Positions 37,771 to 47,210 of a stretch of 64,000 nucleotides of DNA are shown here, one piece after another. Under the pieces are notes generated by a model. The model saw only the letters and a list, made by a program, of their open reading frames with translations, was not told the DNA's origin and made no database searches. The first letter of the stretch is position 1. The number at the start of each line of letters is the position of its first letter. The translations under genes and the position numbers were made by a program. The stretch comes from Bdellovibrionales bacterium (lineage in GTDB: Bacteria > Bdellovibrionota > Bdellovibrionia > Bdellovibrionales > Bdellovibrionaceae), in NCBI GenBank assembly GCA_031370005.1, contig JANMPT010000077.1, positions 64,001-128,000 of the forward strand, written 5' to 3'.

Positions 37771-39240
37771 ATGAACGATGTCAGCTATGCTCTGTCGGCT
37801 TGGGTTCTCTCAAGGGGCATTGCATTTTGTTTTATAATAGCCTTTCTTTCATTACTACCACAGGTCATGGGCCTCTATGGAAAAGATGGGATCCTTTCCA
37901 TTCGTCAATTCATGTTTGTCCTTAAGCAACAATCGGGTCCGCAAAGATATTACGAACTTCCAACACTATTTTGGATTAATTCGTCAGACTTCTTCCTTAA
38001 CACGGTAGCAATTATAGGCTTGGCAACTTCGATTTTCGCATTACTGGGGTTCTGCCCTCCACTGATGATACTTGCGGCCTGGGTCTGCTACTTATCATTT
38101 ATAAATTCAGGCCAAGACTTCTTAGGCTTCCAGTGGGACTCCTTGCTTTTGGAAGTGGGTCTGCTTTCTTTTTTTCTAAGTCCCTGGAGTCTCATGTGGA
38201 ATCCTTGGATAGCCTTCGAACCCAGTCCTTTTGTGCGTTGGCTCTTTTGGCTCTTGCTGTTCAAACTTGTATTTCTTTCCGGCACTGTGAAGATCCTTAG
38301 TAAAGATTCCTCATGGCGCGACTACTCTGCTCTTAAATATCATTACTGGACACAACCCCTTCCAAATCCACTGGCCTATTTCATGAGTAAACTGCCGGAA
38401 TGGTTTCAGAGACTCAGCTGCCGATTTATGTTTGCCATCGAGCTGGGAGTCCCATTTTTGATTTTTCTACCGGGGAAAATGCGTTGGCTATGTGCTGGAA
38501 TTTTTATTTTTCTTCAAATCATGATACTTATCACGGGCAACTATGCTTTCTTTAATATAATAACAATCACTCTCTGCTTGTTCCTGTTTGATGATTCTTT
38601 TTGGAGTCTCTTTTTAAACAAAATCTTCCCCTCCCTAAGCCCAAGCCACGAGACTTCTTTATTGTATCAATCCTTGGGACTCATCATCGCCGCAATTCTG
38701 TTGCCACTGAATATCTTTTGGTTTGCCCTCGCCTTCCGCGAGAATTCAGGTTTTGTAAATCCACTGATCCCCATTATTCGTTCTATCTATAACTATCGCT
38801 TCAACTCAAGCTATGGCTTGTTTGCTGTGATGACCAAGGACCGTCCAGAGCTTGTATTGCAGGGAAGTAACGATACTGAGATTTGGGTCGAGTATGAGTT
38901 TAAATATAAGCCGAGTTCGGTGACAAAAATGCCGCCAATTGTAGCTCCTTACCAACCCAGACTTGATTGGCAAATGTGGTTTGCGGCCCTTGGCACTTTT
39001 AATCAAAATTTATGGCTGCAAAATTTGATGGCGCGGATTTTTTTAAATTCAGAGGATGTTTTAAAACTACTTAAAAACAATCCCTTCCCCCACGTGCCTA
39101 ATTACCTACGGCTAGTGAAATATAAATACAGATTTTCAGATACACAGAATCTATTTAAAAAGGGAGAATGGTGGCAGCGAGAATATGTGGGCCTATACTC
39201 GCCGGTCTTTGAAAAAACAGACTTTGTTCCAACAAAATAG
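37771..39240 (+). CDS. lipase maturation factor (LMF1) family membrane protein
   Basis: FQWDSLLLE, HYWTQPLPNP, TGNYAFFN, YGLFAVMT, PRLDWQMWFAAL. Confidence 0.93.
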   Translation: MNDVSYALSAWVLSRGIAFCFIIAFLSLLPQVMGLYGKDGILSIRQFMFVLKQQSGPQRYYELPTLFWINSSDFFLNTVAIIGLATSIFALLGFCPPLMILAAWVCYLSFINSGQDFLGFQWDSLLLEVGLLSFFLSPWSLMWNPWIAFEPSPFVRWLFWLLLFKLVFLSGTVKILSKDSSWRDYSALKYHYWTQPLPNPLAYFMSKLPEWFQRLSCRFMFAIELGVPFLIFLPGKMRWLCAGIFIFLQIMILITGNYAFFNIITITLCLFLFDDSFWSLFLNKIFPSLSPSHETSLLYQSLGLIIAAILLPLNIFWFALAFRENSGFVNPLIPIIRSIYNYRFNSSYGLFAVMTKDRPELVLQGSNDTEIWVEYEFKYKPSSVTKMPPIVAPYQPRLDWQMWFAALGTFNQNLWLQNLMARIFLNSEDVLKLLKNNPFPHVPNYLRLVKYKYRFSDTQNLFKKGEWWQREYVGLYSPVFEKTDFVPTK

Positions 39241-39505
39241 ACAATTGACACTCACTGAGGCCATGACGCATCACGCTAACCGAGTGCCAAGGCAAAACTC
39301 TAAATTCCCATTGTCGGCAAGGAATGAACTCGATAAAATCCACTCTATTCACGGATGAATACAGTGCAAAGGATTTTTTTATGGAAACTAAGCCAATACA
39401 AAATATAACAGAAAAAGAAACCCCTCCTCCTATGCTCACAACTGAAAAGCCAACCCCGTCAGACCGCCCTTCGAACCGTCGCCGCAACCGCCGCCGTCTT
39501 CCCGC

Positions 39506-40717
39506 TTGGTAAAAAAAGCTTTCGTCATAGGCATTTTTTCTGTTCTTTGTTTTGCCAGCTCTAGTGGCAAGACCGAGGCTAATACGGAAAAGCTTTCGAT
39601 TTATTTCAAAGACAGCTACGAAAGCTTTCGCGCACTTTTTCTTGCAAACATTCAGGTGTTACAAAAAAACAATCCAGAACTTGAGCATCAAGCCATAAAA
39701 ATCCCAACAAAAACAAAAGAAGATTTGGTGATGGACACCCTCTATCTTCCGCCAAAGTCAGGCAAAAAAGAACGCCTATTAATTTTAACATCAGGTCTTC
39801 ATGGTATTGAAGGTTTTGTGGGCAGTGCTCTTCAAAATATGTTTCTAATGGAAAATTTTTGGCAAATGCGAGACGAGAACCTTGGTATTCTGATTATTCA
39901 CTCTATAAATCCCTATGGCTTCAAGTTTGCCAGACGAGTCTCTGAAAACAATGTTGATCTCAATCGGAATTTTGACACCAGCACTGAGCTTTTTAAAATT
40001 AAAAACGATGCCTATCTTCAAATCAGTCCCTTATTAAACCCCACCACTGCCGCCAAGAGCGGTTTTCTAGATCAAACGAAATTTTATTTTCAATGTGCAA
40101 GGGTGATCTTACATTACTCAATGGACAAACTTCGCCGCGCGGTTCTCAAGGGACAATACGAAGAGCCTCAGGGAATCTTTTTCGGTGGAACCCATTTTGA
40201 GCCTCAAAAAAACTTACTTGAAAAGGAACTCCTCGCTAAGGCAAAGGGCTATGGACAAATTCTTCTTGTAGATCTACACACAGGCTATGGTGAACGAGGT
40301 CACCTTCACCTCTTTGCTAGCCGCGCCCCCGCCCTGGACATCGAATATCAGAAAAAAATTTTTGCAGGCCGAGATTTAGATTTTGGTCAAAAACAAAACT
40401 TTTATGAAGCAACAGGCGGACTTGTTGTCTATGCGGCAAATCTTTTTAAAAACAAATCACGTTATGCCGGCATTACCTTTGAGTTCGGTACATTGAATAG
40501 TCAAAAAACTCTCGGATCTTTGGATTCACTTTATCGCATGGTCCGTGAAAATCAGGGTTTTCATTACGGAGCACGATCCAGCGGCGATGCTGAAGAAATT
40601 AATCATCTGTTTCGTGAGATGTTCTACCCGAGCGATCCAGAATTCCGTGAAGCCATTGTCACACAATTCCACGACACCCTCACACTCGCGTTGAAAAATC
40701 AAAAAGCATTGAATTAG
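39506..40717 (+). CDS. DUF2817 / M14-like zinc metallopeptidase (possibly frameshifted; true start may be 39381)
   Basis: SGLHGIEG, INPYGF..RRVSENNVDLNRNF, DLHTGYG, EFGT. Confidence 0.85.
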   Translation: MVKKAFVIGIFSVLCFASSSGKTEANTEKLSIYFKDSYESFRALFLANIQVLQKNNPELEHQAIKIPTKTKEDLVMDTLYLPPKSGKKERLLILTSGLHGIEGFVGSALQNMFLMENFWQMRDENLGILIIHSINPYGFKFARRVSENNVDLNRNFDTSTELFKIKNDAYLQISPLLNPTTAAKSGFLDQTKFYFQCARVILHYSMDKLRRAVLKGQYEEPQGIFFGGTHFEPQKNLLEKELLAKAKGYGQILLVDLHTGYGERGHLHLFASRAPALDIEYQKKIFAGRDLDFGQKQNFYEATGGLVVYAANLFKNKSRYAGITFEFGTLNSQKTLGSLDSLYRMVRENQGFHYGARSSGDAEEINHLFREMFYPSDPEFREAIVTQFHDTLTLALKNQKALN

Positions 40718-40764
40718 GTACTTAGTAATGCTACCCCCGTATTAACACCAGTGAGAGGGATCCC

Positions 40765-42309
40765 GTGCTTGCTAGCTTTTGGAAACAATCCAATACTTTA
40801 CAAAAAGTTTTTATACTTTTTGGTTTGAGTATTTTATTTCGTATATTTTTCATATCCTTTGTAGGTCTTGCCGACGACGAAGCTTATCACTGGAGTTGGA
40901 CAAAAAACCTTTCCCTTTCCTATTATGATCACCCAGGAATGATTGCCTGGCTTGAGGCCGCAAGCACGTCTTTCCTTGGTGATACTCGCTGGGGTATTCG
41001 GCTTCCATCTTTTCTTTGTTATCTTGCGACCGCTCTTCTGGGCTGGAAACTCGCCCGTGATGTCTTTGGCATTTGGGCTGCTAACTTTACTATATTCTTA
41101 ATGCTATGGACTCCACTCTGGGGCTTTGGCGGCTATGTCGCTTCGCCAGAAACTCCTTTCATGCTTTGCTGGGTGGCAGGCGCTTACGTTTTCTGGCAAA
41201 GCGTACGGGAAGACGACAAGCAGTGGCCCTTAAAAAAGAGCTGGCTATATCTCGGTGTCATTATGGGCCTGGGGCTGAATTCGAAATTTATTATTGCGCT
41301 ACTGGCTCCAGGTTTTGGGCTTTACCTGTTAATGACGCCAAAACGCCGCAAAGATTTACTATCTAAATGGCCGTGGATCGGACTGCTCATTGCAACTTTA
41401 ATTTGTCTGCCGATCTTTATTTGGAACCTGCATTATGACTGGCCAGGTTTTAAATATCAATTCCATGAACGCCATACGACCACAGAGTTTAACCTCGGTC
41501 GATGGCTTGAGTTTTTCACAGCACAGATTTTATTTTATACACCCGTGGCCTATGGCCTGATGCTTTTTACTTTTGGTTACTCTTTTATTCACCGCCAAGA
41601 TACTCGCTGGCGCTGGCTCTTCTATATGACTGCACCGAGCATTTTATTGTTCTATGCCCAACCATTATGGGCCGAATACAAGCCGCACTGGAGTGGTCCC
41701 GCTTTTTTCTTTTTAGCTATGGGGGCCGGAGCAATTTGGTCTGAAGGAATCCATTTCCATGGCAAAGAGCAGCTCAAGGCCTTCAATAGAAAAATTACTT
41801 GGGGAATTTTGGGATTTATCATCACCATGAACTTGATAATCTACTTACCATTCGTCTACCCGTGGATTCCTAGAGTCCACCGACTCTTGAGTCCGAATAC
41901 TCAGTGGCAACCGAAATGGGATCTTAGCAATGAGTTTACTGGTTGGCCAGAACTTGGAAACTATGTGAACCGCCGCCAGCGAGAAATTCACGCTGATAGC
42001 GATAAAAGACCTTTCCTTGCAAGCAACCGCTACGAGGTCACAGCGCAGACTTACTTTGGAACAAAGCAAAAAGTATATATGCTAAGTAAAACCAAAAGCC
42101 AGTATACTGTAACTCAATCTCCACAAGAGATAGAAACTCTTCTGGGCTCCACTGCTTTGTTTGTAACCACCGATAAGTATCCTACTGATCCCATGGAGTG
42201 GGCTAAGTTCGATATCTGTAAGCCAGAGGAGTTAAAAACCTATCGCCACCAGGAGGTGGCGAGGATTTTCACAGTTTGGACTTGCACAAATTTTCAAGGA
42301 ATTAAGTAA
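40765..42309 (+). CDS. ArnT/PMT (GT39/GT83-like) membrane glycosyltransferase
   Basis: DDEAYHWSW, YYDHPG, SKF; multiple TMs. Confidence 0.88.
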   Translation: MLASFWKQSNTLQKVFILFGLSILFRIFFISFVGLADDEAYHWSWTKNLSLSYYDHPGMIAWLEAASTSFLGDTRWGIRLPSFLCYLATALLGWKLARDVFGIWAANFTIFLMLWTPLWGFGGYVASPETPFMLCWVAGAYVFWQSVREDDKQWPLKKSWLYLGVIMGLGLNSKFIIALLAPGFGLYLLMTPKRRKDLLSKWPWIGLLIATLICLPIFIWNLHYDWPGFKYQFHERHTTTEFNLGRWLEFFTAQILFYTPVAYGLMLFTFGYSFIHRQDTRWRWLFYMTAPSILLFYAQPLWAEYKPHWSGPAFFFLAMGAGAIWSEGIHFHGKEQLKAFNRKITWGILGFIITMNLIIYLPFVYPWIPRVHRLLSPNTQWQPKWDLSNEFTGWPELGNYVNRRQREIHADSDKRPFLASNRYEVTAQTYFGTKQKVYMLSKTKSQYTVTQSPQEIETLLGSTALFVTTDKYPTDPMEWAKFDICKPEELKTYRHQEVARIFTVWTCTNFQGIK

Positions 42310-42873
42310 CTAATTATGACGATTGCCGCTGCCGCAATAAACCTTACCATTCAACTCCACATAGCCATCTGTTCGATTTTGGCGTGGATCGTAATGTAGC
42401 CAATGAAGAAGTGCTCCTTGGTTTGTCCATATAAATTGGCCACCCATGGAGACCTTGTCACCTATTTGCAAAGGAACACGCTCACACATATCTATATTGT
42501 AAACGGCCTCCATAGTCGCACCATTTGAAAGGCGAACTATCCACTTCTGGTGTTGTAGACCACTGGTATCATCTGGAAGAAGCTGGATGACAACCATTCC
42601 AGAGCCTTCAACGAAATCTAGGCGGCGCTTTGCTTGAATTGCGCTAACTATTTTAGAATCCCCAGCTGATACTTGTGGGTCACCCTGTTGATTTTCATCA
42701 GGATTACGATTTTTTTCTGGATAGTTATGTTTGTTACGGAAATCTTGATTGCCATTTTTATTACCTACAATATGGCTATGACTGCGACCGTATGGAGCAA
42801 ATTCGCTGGCATTTGAATGGAAACAAGCTACAGAAAGAATAAGCCCTAATATTGATGCTAGTTTTTTAATCAT
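42310..42873 (-). CDS. DUF3465 domain secreted protein
   Basis: LLPDD..G.QHQK, YNID, HWLHYDP, GYVELNGKVY. Confidence 0.85.
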   Translation of the reverse strand: MIKKLASILGLILSVACFHSNASEFAPYGRSHSHIVGNKNGNQDFRNKHNYPEKNRNPDENQQGDPQVSAGDSKIVSAIQAKRRLDFVEGSGMVVIQLLPDDTSGLQHQKWIVRLSNGATMEAVYNIDMCERVPLQIGDKVSMGGQFIWTNQGALLHWLHYDPRQNRTDGYVELNGKVYCGSGNRHN

Positions 42874-43121
42874 AAATCCCCCCAGATTTTTGTGGCTCGA
42901 CTTTCCTTGATAGGCCTGCTTTTTTCAACAGTAAAAATTTAATGAATATAAAAATGCTTAAAACACATTATGTTTAACATGGCGCGCCTGAGGACTGTAA
43001 ATATTGCAATATCTTGCTTGATATTTCCAATAAAAATCATAGTCTAGTCCAGATTAGTAAATTTTAAAAAGAATGGCCATGGTGGCTTTTCTTTAAAAAC
43101 AAAAAAACTGAGGAGAAAACA

Positions 43122-43370
43122 ATGAAAATGATCCTTTCCGCGATGCTTACTTTGTCTGCTGTTGCAGCTTTTGCTAACCCAACAACTGCTCCAGCTCATG
43201 GCACAACAGCACCAGCTGCTATGCATGAAACTGCTCCAACTATGGCTAACGAAGAAGCTAAAGCTATGACTAAAGTTATGACTAAAGAAGAAGCAGAAAA
43301 AGCTTGCGCAAAAGAAGCTAACAAAGAAGCTTGCGTTAAAAAGCACATGAGCCATAAAAAGAAAATGTAA
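43122..43370 (+). CDS. small secreted Ala/Lys-rich protein with one Cys pair
   Basis: SD GAGGAG, AFA signal site, strongly biased codons (GCT/ACT/AAA). Confidence 0.75.
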   Translation: MKMILSAMLTLSAVAAFANPTTAPAHGTTAPAAMHETAPTMANEEAKAMTKVMTKEEAEKACAKEANKEACVKKHMSHKKKM

Positions 43371-43440
43371 TTTTATAAGCCTTGAAGGCGATTGCCCCAA
43401 AAGGGAATCTCTGGATTCGCTAAATAAATTAGATTTTTCT

Positions 43441-43470
43441 AAAAAAGCCACTCAACAGAGTGGCTTTTTT
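43441..43470. terminator. bidirectional intrinsic terminator
   Basis: AAAAAAGCCACTC-AACA-GAGTGGCTTTTTT between convergent genes. Confidence 0.88.
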
Positions 43471-43510
43471 ACTTCAGCAGCCTGCAGAAAAAATATGCCG
43501 ACACAAAAAC

Positions 43511-43987
43511 TTACTTGTACTGAATTTCTTCGATGGTGACACGTTCTTCGCCCTTCGGCTTATGAATTATTACTTCATCGCCGACTCTTTTTCCTAGGAG
43601 CGCTCGAGCCAGGGGGGATTTCCAAGAGACTTTGCCAAGTTTAATTTCAAATTCGTCCTCGCCCACAACTTGGTAAGTCATCTCTTGTCCATCTTCATTT
43701 ACAATTTTCACCGTCGCACCAAAAACCACAGTCAAAGATTTCACTGTTTTTGGATCAATAACCTCAGCTTTGTCGATTCTTTGAATCAAAAAATGAACAC
43801 GCCTATCGATTTCACGAAGACGCTTTTTACCGTATTGATAGTCCGCGTTCTCAGAACGATCGCCATTGCCGGCCGCCCAGGTTACGACTTCGACCACCTT
43901 CGGACGCTCGACGTGCATCAACTCATGGTACTCGGCCTTGAGCTTTTGAATGCCCAACGGAGTTATATAATTTTTTGATTGATCCAT
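43511..43987 (-). CDS. greB: transcription elongation factor GreB
   Basis: WAAGNGDRSENADYQYGKKRLREIDRR, SPLARALLGK. Confidence 0.95.
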   Translation of the reverse strand: MDQSKNYITPLGIQKLKAEYHELMHVERPKVVEVVTWAAGNGDRSENADYQYGKKRLREIDRRVHFLIQRIDKAEVIDPKTVKSLTVVFGATVKIVNEDGQEMTYQVVGEDEFEIKLGKVSWKSPLARALLGKRVGDEVIIHKPKGEERVTIEEIQYK

Positions 43988-43989
43988 AT

Positions 43990-45177
43990 TTAGCCTAAAG
44001 CAGTAATGCTTTGCTGAGCAGAAATTTCTTCAGCAGTGGGCCTCGCGGTTTCACTCAAAGAAATATCTTGAAGCTCCGACATCAACTCATTAACACTCAT
44101 GATGCGATCAATCCGATGAGCGTTGGCACCTACTGTATAAAGATTTTTTTCATTCTGGTTGTTAAGATCAATGGAAGCCAAAAGGCCGTTGCAAATACAA
44201 AAAGTCTTTTCGTTCTCATATTTAGAAGGACAATGACCTTTATTCAACAAATAACCCTTATCACACTTAGGCGCTCGCTCACGAGCCAAGGCTTGTTGAT
44301 AAAAAGGAGACTGTTTGATCACGTGGAAAAGCATTCCACACGGCGATCCCGGTCTACTGGCAAGCTCGATATCATCTTCCTTACATTCAACCAACATTTT
44401 TTTGTATTCTGTATTTGCACCAGACTCATGTGTTGCGAGAAACCGAGTTCCCATTTGTACGCCAGCGCAACCCTTATCGATATATTTTAAAATATCCTGG
44501 TGTGTATAAATACCGCCAGCAGCAATTACCGGAATATTCCCCCAGTCTTTAACAACAGCAAGGACCTCATTAATTAAATTATCGAGGTGATTTTCTGGAG
44601 CCAAGGCCTCTTCAATCTTTTTCCAAGCAATATGACCACCAGCTCTGGGCCCTTCTACGACCACGGCGTCTGGCATACGGCCAGTGCGTTTCCAACGCTT
44701 AAAAATAATTTCCATCGCGCGCCCTGAAGAAACGATCGGAACCAGGGCCACCTCATTGTGCCTTTCATGCCGAAGAGCAATTTCTGGCAGCGCCATTGGC
44801 AGACCTGCACCGCTGATAATGGCATCAACGCCCCCGTCCATAGAGCCTAAAACAGAATCCTCGTATTGATTGATAACAGCCACCATAATGTTCATACCAA
44901 TTGCGCCGCCCTTGCCAATAATTTTAGCATCGCGCACGTCCTGAGCTGCGGCCTCACGAGCCTTGAATTTCCTACCGTGACGGTGAGCAAGAATCCGATC
45001 AAGGCCAGCACTAGATAAAACGCCTAAGCCACCTTCGCGAGCCACTGCCCCAGCCAAAGTATAGCTTGATAAACCAATACCCATCCCGCCCTGTACAATT
45101 GGAACACGGATTTCAGTATTTCTTAGCATCATCGGTGCCATTTTTGTCATCAGCTTCCCCTTTATTCGAGCGCTCAA
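43990..45177 (-). CDS. nitronate monooxygenase / FabK-like FMN oxidoreductase with Cys-rich insert (start may be 45150 or later)
   Basis: PIVQGGMG, SGAGLP, EGPRAGGH, AAGGI, QMGTRF, FCICNGL. Confidence 0.85.
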   Translation of the reverse strand: MSARIKGKLMTKMAPMMLRNTEIRVPIVQGGMGIGLSSYTLAGAVAREGGLGVLSSAGLDRILAHRHGRKFKAREAAAQDVRDAKIIGKGGAIGMNIMVAVINQYEDSVLGSMDGGVDAIISGAGLPMALPEIALRHERHNEVALVPIVSSGRAMEIIFKRWKRTGRMPDAVVVEGPRAGGHIAWKKIEEALAPENHLDNLINEVLAVVKDWGNIPVIAAGGIYTHQDILKYIDKGCAGVQMGTRFLATHESGANTEYKKMLVECKEDDIELASRPGSPCGMLFHVIKQSPFYQQALARERAPKCDKGYLLNKGHCPSKYENEKTFCICNGLLASIDLNNQNEKNLYTVGANAHRIDRIMSVNELMSELQDISLSETARPTAEEISAQQSITALG

Positions 45178-45317
45178 TTAATCGGATGAAACAATAGCTT
45201 AAGTATTATAACTTAGTATAGGGAAAATCCCCACTCTGTCATATCATGTTTTACCTAGACTTTGATCCACAAAGTCACCCAGGAGCCCCTAGCCTATAGC
45301 CCTTAGTCTAAGTATCC

Positions 45318-45345
45318 TAAACTATTACTCTATTTAAGCCGAAAT
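45318..45345 (+). promoter_or_regulatory. sigma28-type promoter of the FecR-cyclase operon
   Basis: TAAA-16 bp-GCCGAAAT, then AGGAGG SD. Confidence 0.55.
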
Positions 45346-45365
45346 ATTCAGTTAGGAGGTCTCAT

Positions 45366-47210
45366 ATGAGATCGCATTGGAAACGTACGTTATGGGCTGC
45401 TATGCTATCGAGCCTCTGTTTGATTGCAACATTTACGTGGTACAATCTTACAAAAAGTAAGCTTCACGAGAATGACACTGAAAAGCCCCTTGCCTATGTT
45501 GGTAAAACTAATGATGAAATTCAGCGACGCCCGGTAACTCGCCTGCTCTGGCAGCAGGTAAGCACTGGAGATCCTTTGTTCAATGGCGAGGCCATTCGTA
45601 CATCTGAAAATGGCGAAGTGCGCATTCAATTTGCAGACTCCAGCCGATATTTAGATTTAGAACCTGAATCCTTGATCGTGATCCAACAAAACAAAGGCGA
45701 AATCGCCTTGGACTTGATGGAAGGTAGCCTCTTCGTCGCTGCTGGAAAAACAGGAGCAGAGTCCGATGGAACGGCTTTGGTATTAAACTCGGCCTCCGGC
45801 AAAGTTGATCTAAGTAAAGCCTCTGCAAGTCTTTCTAAAACTAGCGCTCATCAAGTCGATGTCCAAGTCTTAGAGGGCTCTGCTTCCATCAAAGATAAAA
45901 GTGGTAATGACAAAGTTCTTACTTCTGGTAGCACGGGAGCTTTTGGAGCAAATGGCTCCCAATTTAACAAAGCCGAGCTACAAATCATTTCTCCGATTCT
46001 TGGCAAAGTGGCATATGTTGATGCTGACGATAAAGAAAATCTGACCTTTAAATGGAAAGGCTTTCCAGGAGGGCTCAAAGTTTCTCTCTATGTTGGCCTT
46101 AGTCGTAAAGATATGAAGGAGTGGACAAATGTCAGCGTTCTTGGAGAAAACTCTTTTAAAACTGCACTCCCATTAGGGAAGCCTTATTGGAAATTAGTGG
46201 CCAAGGATCCTCAAAACAACAAAACTCTTGTTGAAAGTTCTATTTATCGCACTGAAATACAAGCTCGCTATGCGCCTACCATGATATTTCCCTTGGTGGA
46301 TGCAAAAATTCCTATCAACAAAACTTCTTCTGATATGACCTTTAAATGGCAAAAAGGCGATGAGACATCTCATGTTGTCCTTGAGATTGCAAAAGATCCC
46401 TCATTGAAACAAAAAGTGGCAACTAAAAACTTTACCACCGAAGACTCCTTTACCCTGCCTGCGCTGACTGAGGGTGAATACTATTGGCGCATGAGTTCAT
46501 ATTTTGAAGGCTCTGAGAAGCCAATTATTGGAAATGTACAGAAATTCACAGTAACAAAACTTGAAGAAAAATCGATTCAAAAAGATCCGGTGGCAATTTC
46601 ATGGACCGTTCCAGAAGACAAGATTCAGTTTTACTTAGAAAGCCCCAAACTGGGTCTTTCCTGGAGTGTCAATCGCCCTGCAGACGTTGCTTCTTGGCGC
46701 TTAAAATATTTTGAGGAGGGCGCTGATCCCTCTAAAGTACAGACTCTCGAGGTGAAGGACACCAAAGCCGAGACCACGGTTGAAAAGTCAGGTCGCTATA
46801 TTGCCTCACTAGAAGCTATAGACAAAGAGGGAAATGTCATCGGCACCTCTGCTCATCGAAAAATTGCAGTGGCTCCACTGCCATTATTGCCGCCTCCAAA
46901 ACTTTTGCCCCTAGATGGGATTTTATCGGCTCAAGCTGATGGCCGCACAGAGCTTCAATGGGAAAAAATCGACGGGGCCAAAGAGTATATACTCACAATC
47001 TCAAACAAAGAAGGCAAGGAACTTAAATCTTTGAGATATGCAAGCAACCAAACTGCTTTGAAAAATTTAATGCCCGGTGAGTACCAACTCACCCTTACTG
47101 CCATAGATCAATATGGGCGAAGCAGTGATGGCAGAACGACTCGAAGTCTAGTCGTGCCAGATAAAAGCAACCTAAAGGCACCCACTCTTAAAAAGATTAA
47201 GGTTAATTAA
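45366..47210 (+). CDS. membrane-anchored FecR-domain protein with FN3-like repeats
   Basis: N-terminal TM; LFNGEAIRT..VRIQF..LEPES..LMEGS..VLEG FecR motifs; repeated FKW/YYWR/GRY FN3 patterns. Confidence 0.8.
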   Translation: MRSHWKRTLWAAMLSSLCLIATFTWYNLTKSKLHENDTEKPLAYVGKTNDEIQRRPVTRLLWQQVSTGDPLFNGEAIRTSENGEVRIQFADSSRYLDLEPESLIVIQQNKGEIALDLMEGSLFVAAGKTGAESDGTALVLNSASGKVDLSKASASLSKTSAHQVDVQVLEGSASIKDKSGNDKVLTSGSTGAFGANGSQFNKAELQIISPILGKVAYVDADDKENLTFKWKGFPGGLKVSLYVGLSRKDMKEWTNVSVLGENSFKTALPLGKPYWKLVAKDPQNNKTLVESSIYRTEIQARYAPTMIFPLVDAKIPINKTSSDMTFKWQKGDETSHVVLEIAKDPSLKQKVATKNFTTEDSFTLPALTEGEYYWRMSSYFEGSEKPIIGNVQKFTVTKLEEKSIQKDPVAISWTVPEDKIQFYLESPKLGLSWSVNRPADVASWRLKYFEEGADPSKVQTLEVKDTKAETTVEKSGRYIASLEAIDKEGNVIGTSAHRKIAVAPLPLLPPPKLLPLDGILSAQADGRTELQWEKIDGAKEYILTISNKEGKELKSLRYASNQTALKNLMPGEYQLTLTAIDQYGRSSDGRTTRSLVVPDKSNLKAPTLKKIKVN

